From contig CAXHJY010000651.1 of assembly GCA_964016885.1 (NCBI GenBank), forward strand, positions 1-64,000: a stretch of DNA of 64,000 nucleotides, written 5' to 3'. Positions 42,486 through 55,680 of the stretch are shown one piece after another (within the stretch, counting starts at the first letter, position 1; the number at the start of each line of letters is the position of its first letter). Source of the DNA: Eledone cirrhosa (taxonomy: Eukaryota). Under the pieces are notes generated by a model. That model worked only from the letters and a program-made list of their open reading frames with translations, did not search any database and was not told the origin of the DNA. Made by a program: the position numbers and the translations under genes.

Positions 42486-42490
<5 letters not shown>

Positions 42491-43343
42491 TGCATACCTA
42501 TGCTAGCAAATATATAGGTTTTGTCTTAGTAACTTTGTGGTTCAATGCAAGGGGATGCAGAACAATTATATGAAAGACGTAAAATAAGAAAATTATAAAA
42601 ATTAACTGACTAAAATTTCACTCCAACTAATTAGTTTCTGAAAGGGAATAAACATGGTTTTCCGAATGGAACATGGAGAATACCTTTCGTCATCAGGAAG
42701 TCAATTCTCAGATAAGTTCCCAGGCGATGCGTGGACACAGGGAACTTATACAAAACCTATATATTTGCTAGCATAGGTATGCATCTGTATATATATGTTG
42801 GTAGATATACTAATTCTTTATAATTACCTCCAAATTATTTTGTTGAGCAAAAATTTGCCAAAACTACTACTATAGTTCATAGTAATAGTCCGGCTACTGT
42901 CTTCTTAACACCCCACTCCTCACTGATTAACCTCGATGTCACGTGATTGATTCTTTTGAATTTGCCACCGACCAAGTAGGGAGTGATTTTTTCAATGTCT
43001 TGGAATTTAGTCCTCGCTTGCTTTTTTCCATCCACTGAATTATTTTTGTATAAGTTCCCTGTGTCCACGCATCGCCTGGGAACTTAGCTGAGAATTGACT
43101 TCCTGATGACGAAAGGTATTCTCCATGTTCCATTCGGAAATCATGTTTATTCCCTTTTAGAAACTAATTAGTTGGAGTGAAATTTTAGTAAGTAAGTTTA
43201 TTTTCATAATTTTCTTATTTTACGTCTTTCATATTATTGTTCTGCATCCCCTTGCATTGAACCACAAAGTTACTAAGACAAAACCTATATATTTGCTAGC
43301 ATAGGTATGCATCTGTATATATATGTTGGTAGATATACTAATT

Positions 43344-43348
<5 letters not shown>
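42486..43348 (+). mobile_element. PLE/retrozyme-like element: 5' inverted segment plus partial tandem (528 bp period), HHR at 43098-43178 and mirror at 42620-42701
   Basis: 42486-42755 is inverted against ~43045-43315; 42751-42820 is directly repeated at 43279-43348; acttc-CTGATGA-cgaaagg...cctttta-GAAA-ctaattag-TT-ggagt. Confidence 0.8.
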
Positions 43349-43386
<38 letters not shown>

Positions 43387-43400
43387 CACACACACATTAC

Positions 43401-43431
<31 letters not shown>

Positions 43432-43474
43432 CATACATACATACATATACATACATACACACACACACACACAT

Positions 43475-43505
<31 letters not shown>

Positions 43506-43519
43506 CAAATGTATGTATG

Positions 43520-43551
<32 letters not shown>

Positions 43552-43627
43552 TATATATATACATATATAAATAAATATATATATATATACATACGTATAC
43601 ACACACGCGCGCACACATACACACACG

Positions 43628-43786
<159 letters not shown>

Positions 43787-44959
43787 CGGTACATGCACAC
43801 TATATACACATGCCACCTAATAAATAATAGTAAACTAGATGAAACAGCCTCTCTTAATGAAAGCTTTCAGTCAAAACCTGTTTATCGATGAAAAGCTGTC
43901 ATTAAATCGGAAAATATGTCGAGTTGAGATTTAAAAGCTAAGAAACAATGGTTGTATTTATTTGTCAAGCTATCTGTTACAGACTTTTAAGAAAAGCTTT
44001 GCCAAAGTCAACCCCGTTATTATTGTAAGAAGGAGTTGTAAAGATGGTGGCATGCAAGAAGCTTAAGAGAGTTTTAACGAAAAGCTGATTAGAATCTTTG
44101 ATTAACTAGAATTAAATTCTTCCATTGCTTGTAATTATTCCCGGTGCATTCTTGAATTATTGACTGTTATTTCGTCTGTTTCTTAGCCATTCAGGGTGAA
44201 TGGGCGGGAAGTGATTAAACTGGGATCGGAGCAGGTGGAGAATGATCTGGAATCTAACTGAATATGTCAGTGGTAATGCTAGTGTTGTTGTTGTTGCTAG
44301 TGGTTGTGGTGGTGGTGGTGACTGTGGTTGTGTGTGGGGTGGTGGTGGTGGTGGGGGGGGGGGGGGTGACTGGGGGGGGGCTGTGGTTGTGTGTGGGGTG
44401 GTGATGATGATGTGGATATTCTTGGCGTTGATGGTAGTACTTGTGGTACTGCTGGTGTTCATCGTGGTGAAGGTGGTGGTGGTGGTGGCGGTGGCGTTGT
44501 TGTTGTTGTCGTTGTTGGTGGTGGTGGTGGTGGTGGAGGTGGTGGCGTTGTTGTTGTTGTTGGTGGTGGTGGTGGCGTTGTTGTTGTTGTTGTTGCTGGT
44601 GGTGTTGGTGATTATAGTGTATGGTCTGTTGTCGGTGGTTGTCTGGTCTTGGTGTTGGTATTGGGTCTATTGTTGGTGTTATTGTTGGTGCTGTTGTAGG
44701 TGTTGGTTAGTGTAGTGTGTGGTCTGTTGTTGGTGGTGGTGTTGGTGTTGGTGCTGGTGTTGGTAGTGGTGGTGTTGGTGTTGGTGCTAGTGTTGGTAGT
44801 GGTGTTGTTGGTGTTGGTGCTGTTGTAGGTGTTGGTTATTGTAGTGTATGGTCTGTTGTTGGTGGTGGTGTTGGTGTTAGTGCTGGTGTTGGTAGTGGTG
44901 TTGTTGGTGTTGGTGTTGGTGCTAGTTTTGGTAGTGGTGTTGTTGGTGTTGTTGCTGGT

Positions 44960-45700
44960 GTTGTTGGTGTTGGTGTTGTTAATTGTAGTGTATGGTGTGT
45001 TGTTGGTGTTGGTGTTGTTGATTGTAGTGTATGGTGTGTTGTCGGTGGTGGTGCTGGTGTTGTTGGTGTTGGTGTTGTTGATTGTAGTGTATGGTCTGTT
45101 GTCGGTGGTGGTGCTGGTGTTGTTGGTGTTGTTGATTGTAGTGTATGGTCTGTTGTCGGTGGTGGTGCCATTGTTGTTGGTGTTGGTGTTGTTAATTGTA
45201 GTGTATGGTGTGTTGTCGGTGGTGGTGCTGGTGTTGTTGGTGTTGGTGTTGTTGATTGTAGTGTATGGTGTGTTGTCGGTGGTGGTGCCATTGTTGTTGG
45301 TGTTGGTGTTGTTAATTGTAGTGTATGGTCTGTTGTCGGTGGTGGTGCTGGTGTTGTTGGTGTTGGTGTTGTTGATTGTAGTGTATGGTCTGTTGTCGGT
45401 GGTGGTGCTGGTGTTGTTAGTGTTGGTGTTGTTGATTGTAGTGTATGGTCTGTTGTCGGTGGTGGTGCCATTGTTGTTGGTGTTGGTGTTGTTAATTGTA
45501 GTGTATGGTGTGTTGTCGGTGGTGGTGCTGGTGTTGTTGGTGTTGGTGTTGTTGATTGTAGTGTATGGTGTGTTGTCGGTGGTGGTGCCATTGTTGTTGG
45601 TGTTGGTGTTGTTAATTGTAGTGTATGGTGTGTTGTCGGTGGTGGTGCTGGTGTTGTTGGTGTTGGTGTTGTTGATTGTAGTGTATGGTCTGTTGTCGGT
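44960..45700. repeat. 60 bp minisatellite with two alternating variants
   Basis: tgttggtgttgtt(g/a)attgtagtgtatggt(c/g)tgttgtcggtggtggtgc(tggtg/cattg)ttgttgg in exact 60 bp register from 45181. Confidence 0.95.
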
Positions 45701-45896
45701 GACAGTGGTAATGGAAAAGGAAAAGCTAAAAGACCATTCTCATTAATCGCAGAGTTTCCAGTATTAAGTAGTAGTAATTGGAAACGAATTTAGAAATAAG
45801 CCGTTAGCATTCATTATCTTCTTGTTTTTCACTTTTCTCTTTGCCGTATGGCTTATTACTTGAGTTTATTACCATTGTTCTTCGTCTTCTTATTAA

Positions 45897-45951
<55 letters not shown>

Positions 45952-45972
45952 GTTATTATTGTTATTATTATT

Positions 45973-46115
45973 GGTGGATTGGCAGTATCGGTAGAGGGTC
46001 GGATGCCATGCTTTGATGTATAGAGTTTGCCTTACATCCTAACGGGGTCGATAAAATAAAGTACCAGTAATGTACTGGGTAATTGCTGGCCTTGTGCCAA
46101 ACGTAGAAACAATTA
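45973..46115 (+). mobile_element. tRNA-head SINE with internal deletion (B box lost)
   Basis: A box and tail present; gagttcaaatcc segment missing. Confidence 0.8.
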
Positions 46116-46154
46116 TTATTATTATTACTATTATTATTATTATTATTATTATTT

Positions 46155-46206
<52 letters not shown>

Positions 46207-46377
46207 GAGGAGGAGGAGGAGGAGGAGGAGGAGGAGAAGGAGGAGGAGGAGAAGGGGGAGGAGGAGGAGGAGGAGGAGGAGCAGCAGCAGCAGCAGAGCA
46301 GCAGCAGTAGTAGTATCATCGTCATCATCAACCACATCATCATCAAATATTTTTATCATTGTTATTGTTGCTGATGA

Positions 46378-46432
<55 letters not shown>

Positions 46433-47345
46433 GATAGTGTTGTTATATCACTTATTAATTCTGTTGATGTTGTTGTTACCACAGTCGCCGTCACCGTTGT
46501 TGTCGTTGTTTTGGCCGGTGGCGATGGTGGCACCGTGGTATTGATTATATTTTCGGTGGTGATGGTGGTGGTGGTGGTGCTGGTGGTGGTGGTGAGAGTG
46601 TTGGTGGTGGTGGTGAGAGTGATGGTGGTGGTGGTGAGAGTGATAGTGGTGGTGGTGAGAGTGTTGGTGGTGGTGGTGAGAGTGATGGTGGTGGTGGTGG
46701 TGGTGAGGGGGATGGTGGTAGAGGTGATGGTGGTGGTGGTGGTAGTTGGGTGAGAGTAATGTTGTTGGTGCCGGTGCTTGTGCTGGTGCTGGTGGTTGGG
46801 TGAGGGTGATGGTGGTGGTGTTGGTGGTGGTTTTGGTGGTGGTTGTGGTGGTGGTGGTGCTGGTGCTGGTGCTGGTGCTGGTGCTGGTGATTGGGTGAGG
46901 GTGGTGGTGGTGGTGGTGGGGGTGGTTTTGGTGGTGGTTGTGGTGGTGTTGGTGCTGGTGCTGGTGCTGGTGCTGGTGCTGGTGCTGGTGATTGGGTGAG
47001 GGTGGTGGTGTTGGTGGTGGTTTTGGTGGTGGTTGTGGTGGTGTTGGTGCTGGTGCTGGTGCTGGTGCTGGTGCTGGTGCTGGTGATTGGGTGAGGGTGG
47101 TGGTGGTGGTGTTGGTGGTGGTTTTGGTGGTGGTTGTGGTGGTGTTGGTGCTGGTGCTGGTGGTTGGGTGAGGGTGGTGGTGGTGGTGGTGGTGGTGTTG
47201 GAGGGGGGGGTGATTATGTTTTCGTCAATGTCGGCATCGAGAATGAAGATGGTTTTGACACGGTGGTGGTGTTGGTGATACTGGTGATAATGCTGCTGAT
47301 GCTGCTGCTGTTGTTGTTGTTGTTGTTGTTGTTGTTGGTTGCCGC
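46115..47345. repeat. Compound trinucleotide microsatellite block (ATT, AGT, AGG, AGC, GTT, GGT)
   Basis: Seen directly; source of the spurious 466 aa ORF. Confidence 0.95.
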
Positions 47346-47639
47346 CATTGTTAACGACGATGAGGATTGAAGTATTAACCGACATACAACTTAATAATGC
47401 GCAATGATTCACCTTAAACACAACACCAATCCACCGCATTTCATTCTGATGAATGACGTTAGAGACTACACATACGTATCTATACTAGGTGTATAAACAT
47501 ATAGGCTAAACACAAACTGACACATAAAGAAGATGCACACCAACCCACATATATATTCACACACAAACACACATACAGAGAGACAGAGAATCCATTGTGG
47601 CAGGTTCTGCTGAAGTATAGTATCCATGTGAAGCTTCCT

Positions 47640-48312
47640 TTTGCCTTGAAGTCTCTATATCTAGTACAGGTGTTCGGGTAAATGGTACTAAGTTGAAACC
47701 AATCAATGTGGTTGTTGGAACCCCGCCAAGTGTGCGTACAGTCATTTCCTCTGTTCAAAATCTTCATCAATGGGATTGACATACGCAGCCGGGTTGGAAG
47801 TGGTATGGAGACTATTAGGTGTAGAATCAGACGGTTGGAATTTACATACGACATGGTACGACATAACACGTCGGAAGGTGTTCTCCGCTATTCCCTTGAT
47901 AGGTATGCTGCCACAAGCTGCAAGGCAGGAATGAAAACCAGTGTTGTGAAGATTGAGATACGCGTCCTCTCAAAAAAGCCGGTGCACAGCACTCTACATG
48001 TGAGTGGAGTTTCACTGAAGCATGTGCCGAATTATCACGGGGCCGTTTTCATAAGTGATGGAAAGCAAGAGACTGAATTCAGTGCAAGAATTGCAAGAGC
48101 TGGTGCAGTAATGCGCCAGCTTTAGCATTCAGCAATCAGAAGAAGGGGGGGGGGGGTGTAAAAGCCAAACTTGTGATTTTCAGTTCGGTATTCGTGCCCA
48201 CTCTTACCTATGGTCATGAATTTTGGATGATGACCGAAAGAATACGATCGTGAATACAAGCGGCCGAAATGAGGTTCCTCTGAAGGGTCTTTGGAATAAT
48301 GTTACTCGACAG
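47640..48312 (+). mobile_element. Decayed RTE LINE (Expander/Rex3-like), RT domain and downstream region
   Basis: VRVNG..; RQVCVQSFPLFKIFI (RQGC.LSP.LF); LEFTYDMV (LLFADDVV); LRYSLDRYAA...AGMK; VFVPTLTYGHEFWMMTER. Confidence 0.85.
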
Positions 48313-48429
48313 TTTCGGACGTCAGTTCTTCATCAGGAGTAGATAAATACAAATATATGGTTCAGAGAGTAGTAGTAACACAAAGATGGTGCCCACATAT
48401 TCCGGGAAGGTCGTGGAGGCAGAGTTCTG

Positions 48430-48612
48430 AAGCACACCTTCCAGAGGGTCCCGTCAGATGCAACTCTCTCTCTCCATTTGATCAGGCTGGATCCCCAAGC
48501 GCGAACATTTGAGCTCATAGATGTTATCCAACCATCTTGCTCGGGGTTTACTCCTGGGTCTTCTGTCGGTTGGTTTGACCCCTAAAATCTGTCCTGCGAT
48601 TCTTTCACACAT
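48430..48612 (-). mobile_element. 3' end of the same RTE family in opposite orientation
   Basis: ERIAGQILGVKPTDRRPRSKPRARWLDNIYELKCSRLGI. Confidence 0.8.
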
Positions 48613-49463
48613 ACATACATGTGAACTTGAGATCCCAGATTCGATGTAACTTTGTGTAACATTCATCCCCTGAGATTTGAAATTCCTTCCCGATTCAGAA
48701 TCACTGCTTAAACGTTTTTGGTAATTCTCCATCCCTTACATTCCTTTAAATATATTACCATCGTCTGTTCTGGGTTGTGGCCTCGCAGAATTGATAGAGC
48801 ATCAGTATTTATTCCGCATACTGAGTTCAAATCCCACCGAGATCGACTTTGCCTATTGTGATTCCAGGTTTGATAAAATAATGTCCCAGTCAAGTACTGG
48901 GGTTGAATTAATCAACTTTGCCTTTACCCCAAATTTGCTGGCCTTGTGTTTAGATTAGAAATATGTATAGTCTTTGGATAAGAATGGAGTTCACGTAATC
49001 TCAGTACCCCCCCCCCCCCCCCCTTCCCTACTCTGTACCCTCTCCTCCCCATTCACCACATCCTGCTTACGTACTTTATGTCTAATTAAGAAATCGTTGT
49101 TTCATTACAGACTTCACCACTCTTCCATATACGTGCAGGATGATAATAAATGACATCAAAGAAAACCGGCCATATGGAGCAGAGCCAGTCATCTGTCTTA
49201 TTTAATTCTCTCATTCCCATACATTTTCCAGAAACATATGTTCAAAATCCATTGTTTTTACCGTAATCCTTTTAGTCTAATGTATTCACATTGCACCGTT
49301 TCACCCTATGGATTACTATAATCCAGTCTGCAGGATTTAGACATTGTTACTGTTGTTGCTGTTGTTGTTGTTAAAGAAATCATTACTATTATTGTTAATG
49401 TTTTTTTGTTGTTTTTGTTATTTTTGATGTCGTTATTTATTATCGTTAATACTGTTCTTATGA

Positions 49464-49976
49464 ATTGACAGTATCGGTTAGGCATTGGACAACATGTTTT
49501 ACAGCATAGAGTTACAGCCTTTTACGTTCTGAGTTCAAATCTCGCCGAGGTTAGCTTTGCCTTTCATCCTTACGGGATCGATAAAATAAAGCACCAGTAA
49601 TGCACTGGGGTCGATTTAATCGATTTTCCCCTCCCCTATAATTGTGATAAGGTTACTTCTGTTGGCTATGGTGGTGGCTGCAATCGTAATTTTAGTAAAA
49701 TTCAACGACGTAATTGTGGTGATTTGGGAGTTAACAGTACACCAAAACTGTATATTTATGGTGCTGGTGTTGTATAGGCACAAGGCCAGTAATCGGGGAG
49801 GGGGGAGCCGATTAATTCGACCCCAGTGCGTGACTGGTACTTTATTTTATCGACCCTCGTAAGGATGAAAGGCAAAGTTAACCTCGGCGGGATTTGAACT
49901 CAGATCATAAAAGGCCGTAACTCTATGCTGCAAAGCATGGCGTCCCACTCTACCGATACTGCCAATCCATCGCCCT
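49464..49976. mobile_element. Convergent SINE pair (49464-49640 +, 49775-49976 -); diverged copies also at 48775-48960 (+) and 50250-50370 (-)
   Basis: Family motifs on both strands. Confidence 0.85.
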
Positions 49977-50705
49977 AGTGTTGTATATAATGAAAAAGGC
50001 CCACTTCAGTTATGGCTGACCATGGGTTTCCATCTGGAATGTTCCTCTCCAAAGTGTATTCATATATAAGATATTTTGTGGGAGACCAAACAGTTGCCCA
50101 TGAATGCCTGTCTCCCTTCTCTATGCCACGAATGTTGTCTAAGGGAAAGGAAAAAGTCGATAGAGCTTGACACCAGTGAGGTCACAGACGAACTAAGAAC
50201 ACACAGGGTAAAAAGAGACACCGCAATGTGTCAAGTCCGGTTATCTGCCGCCCTCGACTGGTACTTTATTTATCGACTCCGAAAGGATGACAGACAACTT
50301 TGGCTTCAACGAGTTTTCGAAGTCAGAGTGCAGAGAGCCGGGACAAATACTGCGAAGTATTTCAATCCAATCCTCCAACGAGTCTGTGTTGTTATTAATG
50401 TTATTGGAAGCTTTTATTACAACTGTAGTAGTTGTTGTTAGTGGTGGTGGTGGTGGTGGTGGTGGTGGTGGTATTGGTGTGGGTGTTGTTGTTAGTGGTG
50501 GTGGTGGTATTGGTGTTGGTGGTGTTGTTGTTAGTGGTGGTAGTGGTGGTATTGGTGTAGGTGTTGTTGTTAGTGGTGGTGGTGGTGTTGTTGTTAGTGG
50601 TGGTAGTGGTGGTATTGGTGTAGGTGTTGTTGTTAGTGGTGGTGGTGGTGTTGGTGTTGGTGGTGGTGATGGTGGTGGTGGTTGTGGAGGTGGTGTTGGT
50701 CTCGG

Positions 50706-50736
<31 letters not shown>

Positions 50737-53345
50737 GATGGTGGTGGCGGTGGCGTTAGTGTTGGTAATGGTTACGGTTGTTGTGACGGACGACAGAGTG
50801 GCAGCGGTGGCGGCGGTGGTGATGGTGTTGGTAGTGTGTGTGTGTGGGGGGGGGGGGGTGATAGTGATGGTGGTGGAGGTGTTGGTGGTGGTGGTGGTGG
50901 TGGTGGTGGCAAGTTAAAATCCCAAGTGATAGCGCTAAATTCACATACTTTTCTTTGAAATGTAATTTCGGAAATGTTTGGATCTCTCAATTGTCCTTCC
51001 TTAACATTTTAAAATCTTGGTAAGATTTTATCTGTAAACACAGAGGACCATTTAATTCTAAGAACATGAGAGCATTTCTAATTAATAAAGCAGTTTCTAT
51101 ATATTATTAAGTCTGTGAACAAGACTTTCTCCGTCATCGTAGACTATTAAGTATAAGCATCAGCAGCCTTTAATCATATTATAACACGGTTGCCATTAAG
51201 TCTGAGTAGATATCATATCTTTCACGCAGTTTGTTGTAAACGTTTGGCGCGAGTCCTTCTTGATTTATTTCAATTCCCACTTGTAGCCATTTTATTTCAT
51301 TTACTTCAATAATGTCATAGAGGAAGAGCATGGAAATTATTGCAGCAGCTAATTTTCTATAATATAATATAATATACTATAATATAATATACATTTTAAT
51401 CCACATACATGCCGATACAAATCGATACTAAGTGTTTTGAAGGCGGGTGGAAAGAGCCGATAGCATTAGAGTGTCAAATTGGAATACTTAATAGTAGCTT
51501 ATAACACGTAGACCATATCTCTCCAAGTTTTCAGTTCCAAATCCAGCGGGGTAAACTTAGTCATTAATTTATCCCATACCAATAAAATAATTACCAGTAA
51601 TATAGATGGGCCGATTATAACACCTAAATCTTAGTTTCTAACGTCTCACGTTGTACCGAATCAACGAAATTAGAATTTAGTATCCCAAAGTTAACTAGCT
51701 GACGGACATAGTAGAGTGCTTCACATAGTGCCTTGTGTTACTTATTTCCTTTTTTTAATGCTCTGGGTTCGAATCTTGCATAGATCAGCATTCGGTTGGA
51801 CTCATAAGTGGAAGGTGGTAGCAAAACATATATTATGTTAGACATGGCCTGGGCCAATACAGGCCGAAACCTATCAAACTTATATAGATAAACTATATGT
51901 AATATATAGGCAATAAATTCACCAATATGATATACCGGCACCATCCCTATAACCGCTACCATTGCCACAACTAATAAAATGCCACCTAATTGTAGCAATA
52001 AACACAAATGTAAATCTAAATGGATCTCCGTTGGTTTTTACAATGAGTTTTCCAATCTTTTCACCGATGGGATGGCTTGCTTATCGCATACACGTGTAAG
52101 TGGTTGAGTATTGAAAAGACACGTGTACCATTCAGCTATTTCACAGAGAAGAATTAATGTGACATAATAATGTAATAACACTGGACTCTTGAATAATGTA
52201 TTTTAAAATAGTTTATGTTTATCTAATTTCACCCACAAGTTTTTGGTTGATCCGAGGTTATGGTAAAATACACTTGGAAATCATCAATCGCTGTGAGATT
52301 AAACCAAAGACTTCGTGATTTTGAAGCGGAATTCTGAACTATTCGGCAGAATTTCTGCGTCTATATTCGTAAAGATATTCCAATCACATCCACTACACTA
52401 ATACTGTGGTCATCTTTACCTACTACCACTATACCATTTCTACTACTATCACAATACCATCAGTATAACACCACATTAATACTGCTTCTATCCCCACACG
52501 TTTAGTGTGAGTAAATCTATCTTAAGTTTTTCACAGTTCATCAGCGGATACATTCTTTAATGAAGCTGTTGTCTTATACTTAAACTGGTCTTCATCAGCG
52601 GATACATTATTCAATGTCTCCCATCTTTCTCATTGAATTCTCAGAAATCTCCCACATTTAGTTACTATTATCCTAGTCGTTTTTCTCGCATAGTTGTACA
52701 TAATATATTTCTGTCATTTCAGGGTACAAAACTTCTATACTGATCAATCCTATTAAGATACTCTACTGTGAATAGATGAGTCAACATCAGCCTCTTGATT
52801 TTGAATAGGTTTTTTAGCCATCCATTCAGAACAGCAGCAATGATGTTCCGTGAGCTAAGTTAAACATTACAAGCACTTTGATATAAATATAATATACACA
52901 CACTCTTAGGCATCTATTCTTCTATACGTATGAAAAAAAATTCTCTTTCTATTGTTATTCTTACCGTATAACAATCTGGGAGGAGAGAGTAATTGTAGCT
53001 CAGCGTCTATGAGAAAGTTTATTTAAATAAAAGGGTTCCCTGGGAATCACTGATTTAAAACATAGCGATCATTTTCTCATCTGTGAAGCTATCTTTTGAA
53101 CATGGATTTTTTTTCCTGAAGTAATTTCTTTACGTATCAGAAATGTATAAAATAGCTGAGAAACAGAGCATCACAATCCAATCAACGTTTACATATAGGT
53201 TAGACATGCTAAAAATAGCCGCCAAATCACCGCCAAATTACACTCTACTTACTATTTTTAAAAGTCTTTGACACGTTTTAACTATCTATATTTTATGAAT
53301 TTTTACCTACTTATTTAGACAAAACTTCATGCATTAAACCTCTCA

Positions 53346-53528
53346 GGTGAATTGGCAGTATCAGTAGAGGGTTGGACGCCATGCTTTCTAGCATAGTTAC
53401 GTCCTTCTACGGTCTGAGTTGAAATCCCATCGAGGTTAACTTTGCCTTTCATCCTTGCGAGGTCGATAAAATAAAGTACCAGTAATGTACTGGGTAATTG
53501 CTGGCCTTGTGCCAAAAGTAGAAACAAT
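53346..53528 (+). mobile_element. tRNA-head SINE (dominant family)
   Basis: A/B boxes, body and tail. Confidence 0.9.
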
Positions 53529-53605
53529 TAAATGTGTCAATAAAAAGATGTTTGTCCTACATTTTCCTATATCACGATTCTTTCTTTTGTTTTGTTTTTT
53601 TACAG

Positions 53606-53651
53606 ACTCAGCCCTTTAATTGAGGAAGATGAAGGTTACAATTATATATAG
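53606..53651 (+). CDS. Candidate short terminal coding exon (..LSPLIEEDEGYNYI*), unverified
   Basis: Strong acceptor tttcttttgttttgtttttttacag at 53581-53605, then an acidic open frame to TAG; no linked upstream exon identified. Confidence 0.3.
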
Positions 53652-54435
53652 AGAGAAAAGTGTAACACATCGTATGAATGGGTTGAACGCGTTACTGTTG
53701 AGCAAAATTAAAACAATTCCGATGGAAATTTGATAAAGTGCTTCCTGCCCGAAGCATAATTTTACATTATCACAAATGGGTAGCCAAAAACCTTTAAAAT
53801 TATAAATAATTAAAAAGTGTCAAAGATAAGAAAGAGAAGGGTGAGATAATTATTCCTGGGATGCCTTTGATCATACGTCTGCTCAGTCAGGTATGACCTA
53901 GGGCTAAACAACATCAGATAATCGCTTTAGAAAGTGCCGCTTTTTTTTATTCATTTTATTGGTAGTGATCACATCCTATATATGTTTACAGAACTTTTGT
54001 TCTTTTGTTTGGTGATGCGACTTGAAATGAATTGTCATATTTTAGGAAATATGTTGTACATGCCTAAAGTTTCTTTTCTTTCTTTTGTAATAAATATTAT
54101 GGTATCTCATTTATAATGATATATCTCCTAGCACTTCACTCTCTTGGAGGTAGAAGTTTCTTAGTAGCAACAAACGCAAATGAGATGTAGAAGAAAATCT
54201 ATCAATTATTCATTGATATAGCATTTATGAGGAATACTGTTCACGCTATGTGTTATATGATAGTCTATCTAGGTGGTTATAGAATTTCGTTTCCATTTTT
54301 CTAGATTCTAGTCTTGTTATGCCAATGAATAATTGATATCTGCATTCTGAAGGTCCACACTTACATCTTTTGGTCTTTTCTGCTACCAAGAGATTTGTAT
54401 CTACATGAGATTTAAATTTCAGACGTTGTATATTG

Positions 54436-54540
54436 CTATATCACAATATCCCCATATCTCTATATCTCTATATCACAATATCCCCATATCTCTATATCTC
54501 TATATCACAATATCCCCATATCTCTATATCTCTATATCAC
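54436..54540. repeat. 32 bp tandem repeat x3.3
   Basis: ctatatcacaatatccccatatctctatatct at 54436, 54468, 54500. Confidence 0.95.
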
Positions 54541-54659
54541 TAAGACATAATTAGCCAGGTTAAAGATAAAGATCAATGAAAGTCCACTTCAAAGACTCCA
54601 ACATTCAAGCATTGGCAACCAGGACAATTCATTATGAAAATAACAAAATGATAATAATA

Positions 54660-55110
54660 ATGGTTTCTTATATAGGCACAAGGCCAGCAATTTTGGGGGA
54701 GGGGAAAGACGATTAAATCGACCCCAGTGCGTGACTGGTACTTTATTTTATCGACCCTGTAAGGATGAAAGGCAAAGTTAGCCACGGCGGGATTTGAACT
54801 CAGATCATAAAGGGACGTAAGTCTATGCTGCAAAGCATGACGTCCGGCCCTTTACCGATACTGCCAATCCACCGCCCTCAAAATGATAATAATAATAATA
54901 ATAATGACAATAATAATAGTTTCTGATTTAGGCACAAGGCCAATTTTAGGGGATGGGAAAGTCGATTAAATCAACCCCAGTGCGTTACTGGTGCTTTATG
55001 AAAGGCAAAGCTAACCTTAGCGGGACTTGGACTCAGACCGTAAAGGGCCGTAACTCCATGCTGCAAAGCAAGGTGTCCGACGCTCTACTGACTCTGCCAA
55101 TCAACCGCCC
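54660..55110 (-). mobile_element. Two tandem SINEs (54660-54878, 54918-55110); diverged copy at ~55695-55820
   Basis: Reverse-complement family motifs. Confidence 0.85.
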
Positions 55111-55169
55111 TATTAATAGTAATAATGATAAAGGTTTCTTTATTGGCCACAAGGGCCGAAACATGAAGG

Positions 55170-55680
55170 GCAAACAAAAACAGGGACAGTGGGGGGTTAC
55201 ATAAAATCGTGTAAAATATATACCGTGTAGCAGCAATAAGCAACAAAATACGTAACAATAAAATTCCCTAATAGGGGGAGTACCACCCAAGGGTGACTTA
55301 GAAACCCCACCAATCCTAAACCACCCTACTCTCCAAGAGAACCCCAGGAAGGCGCCCTTTCCTCTCTATACTCGTCAGACTACAGGCGCATGGTTAGAGA
55401 AGGCCCATTCACATGGTCCACCCTTGCTACATTCATCCACTTCTAATGTACTGGAGATATCAACTCCCTCTCCACCCTCACTTTCCTTTCCAAGTGGAAC
55501 TTGAAAAAGTTACTGAGGGTTTGGCCGAAGTGGAAAGTGCCTGTCTTCAGTCTTTCAGCCGCGTCTACTTCACAATCTCTTTCACCATAGTCACCAGGCA
55601 GAGGAACACTGCCTGCCTTTCTGAGAGCAGGAAAGCGATGTCGTTCCATGGTCAGTCTAAGAGGAACGCAAAGGAAGACA
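55170..55680 (-). mobile_element. L1/Tx1-clade LINE ORF2 C-terminus and 3' UTR remnant
   Basis: AVFLCLVTMVKEIVK*TRLK / LKTGTFHFGQTLSNFFKFHLERKVRVERE...W resembles Tx1-type ORF2 ends. Confidence 0.55.

Noticed and set aside
44717-45793. 358 aa Val/Gly/Cys repetitive ORF as a structural protein
   Set aside because: Open in several frames because of a stop-free 60 bp minisatellite; no ATG or signal peptide
46039-47439. 466 aa Q/H/P/T/L-rich ORF
   Set aside because: Concatenated trinucleotide repeats ending inside a SINE; no domain or splice evidence
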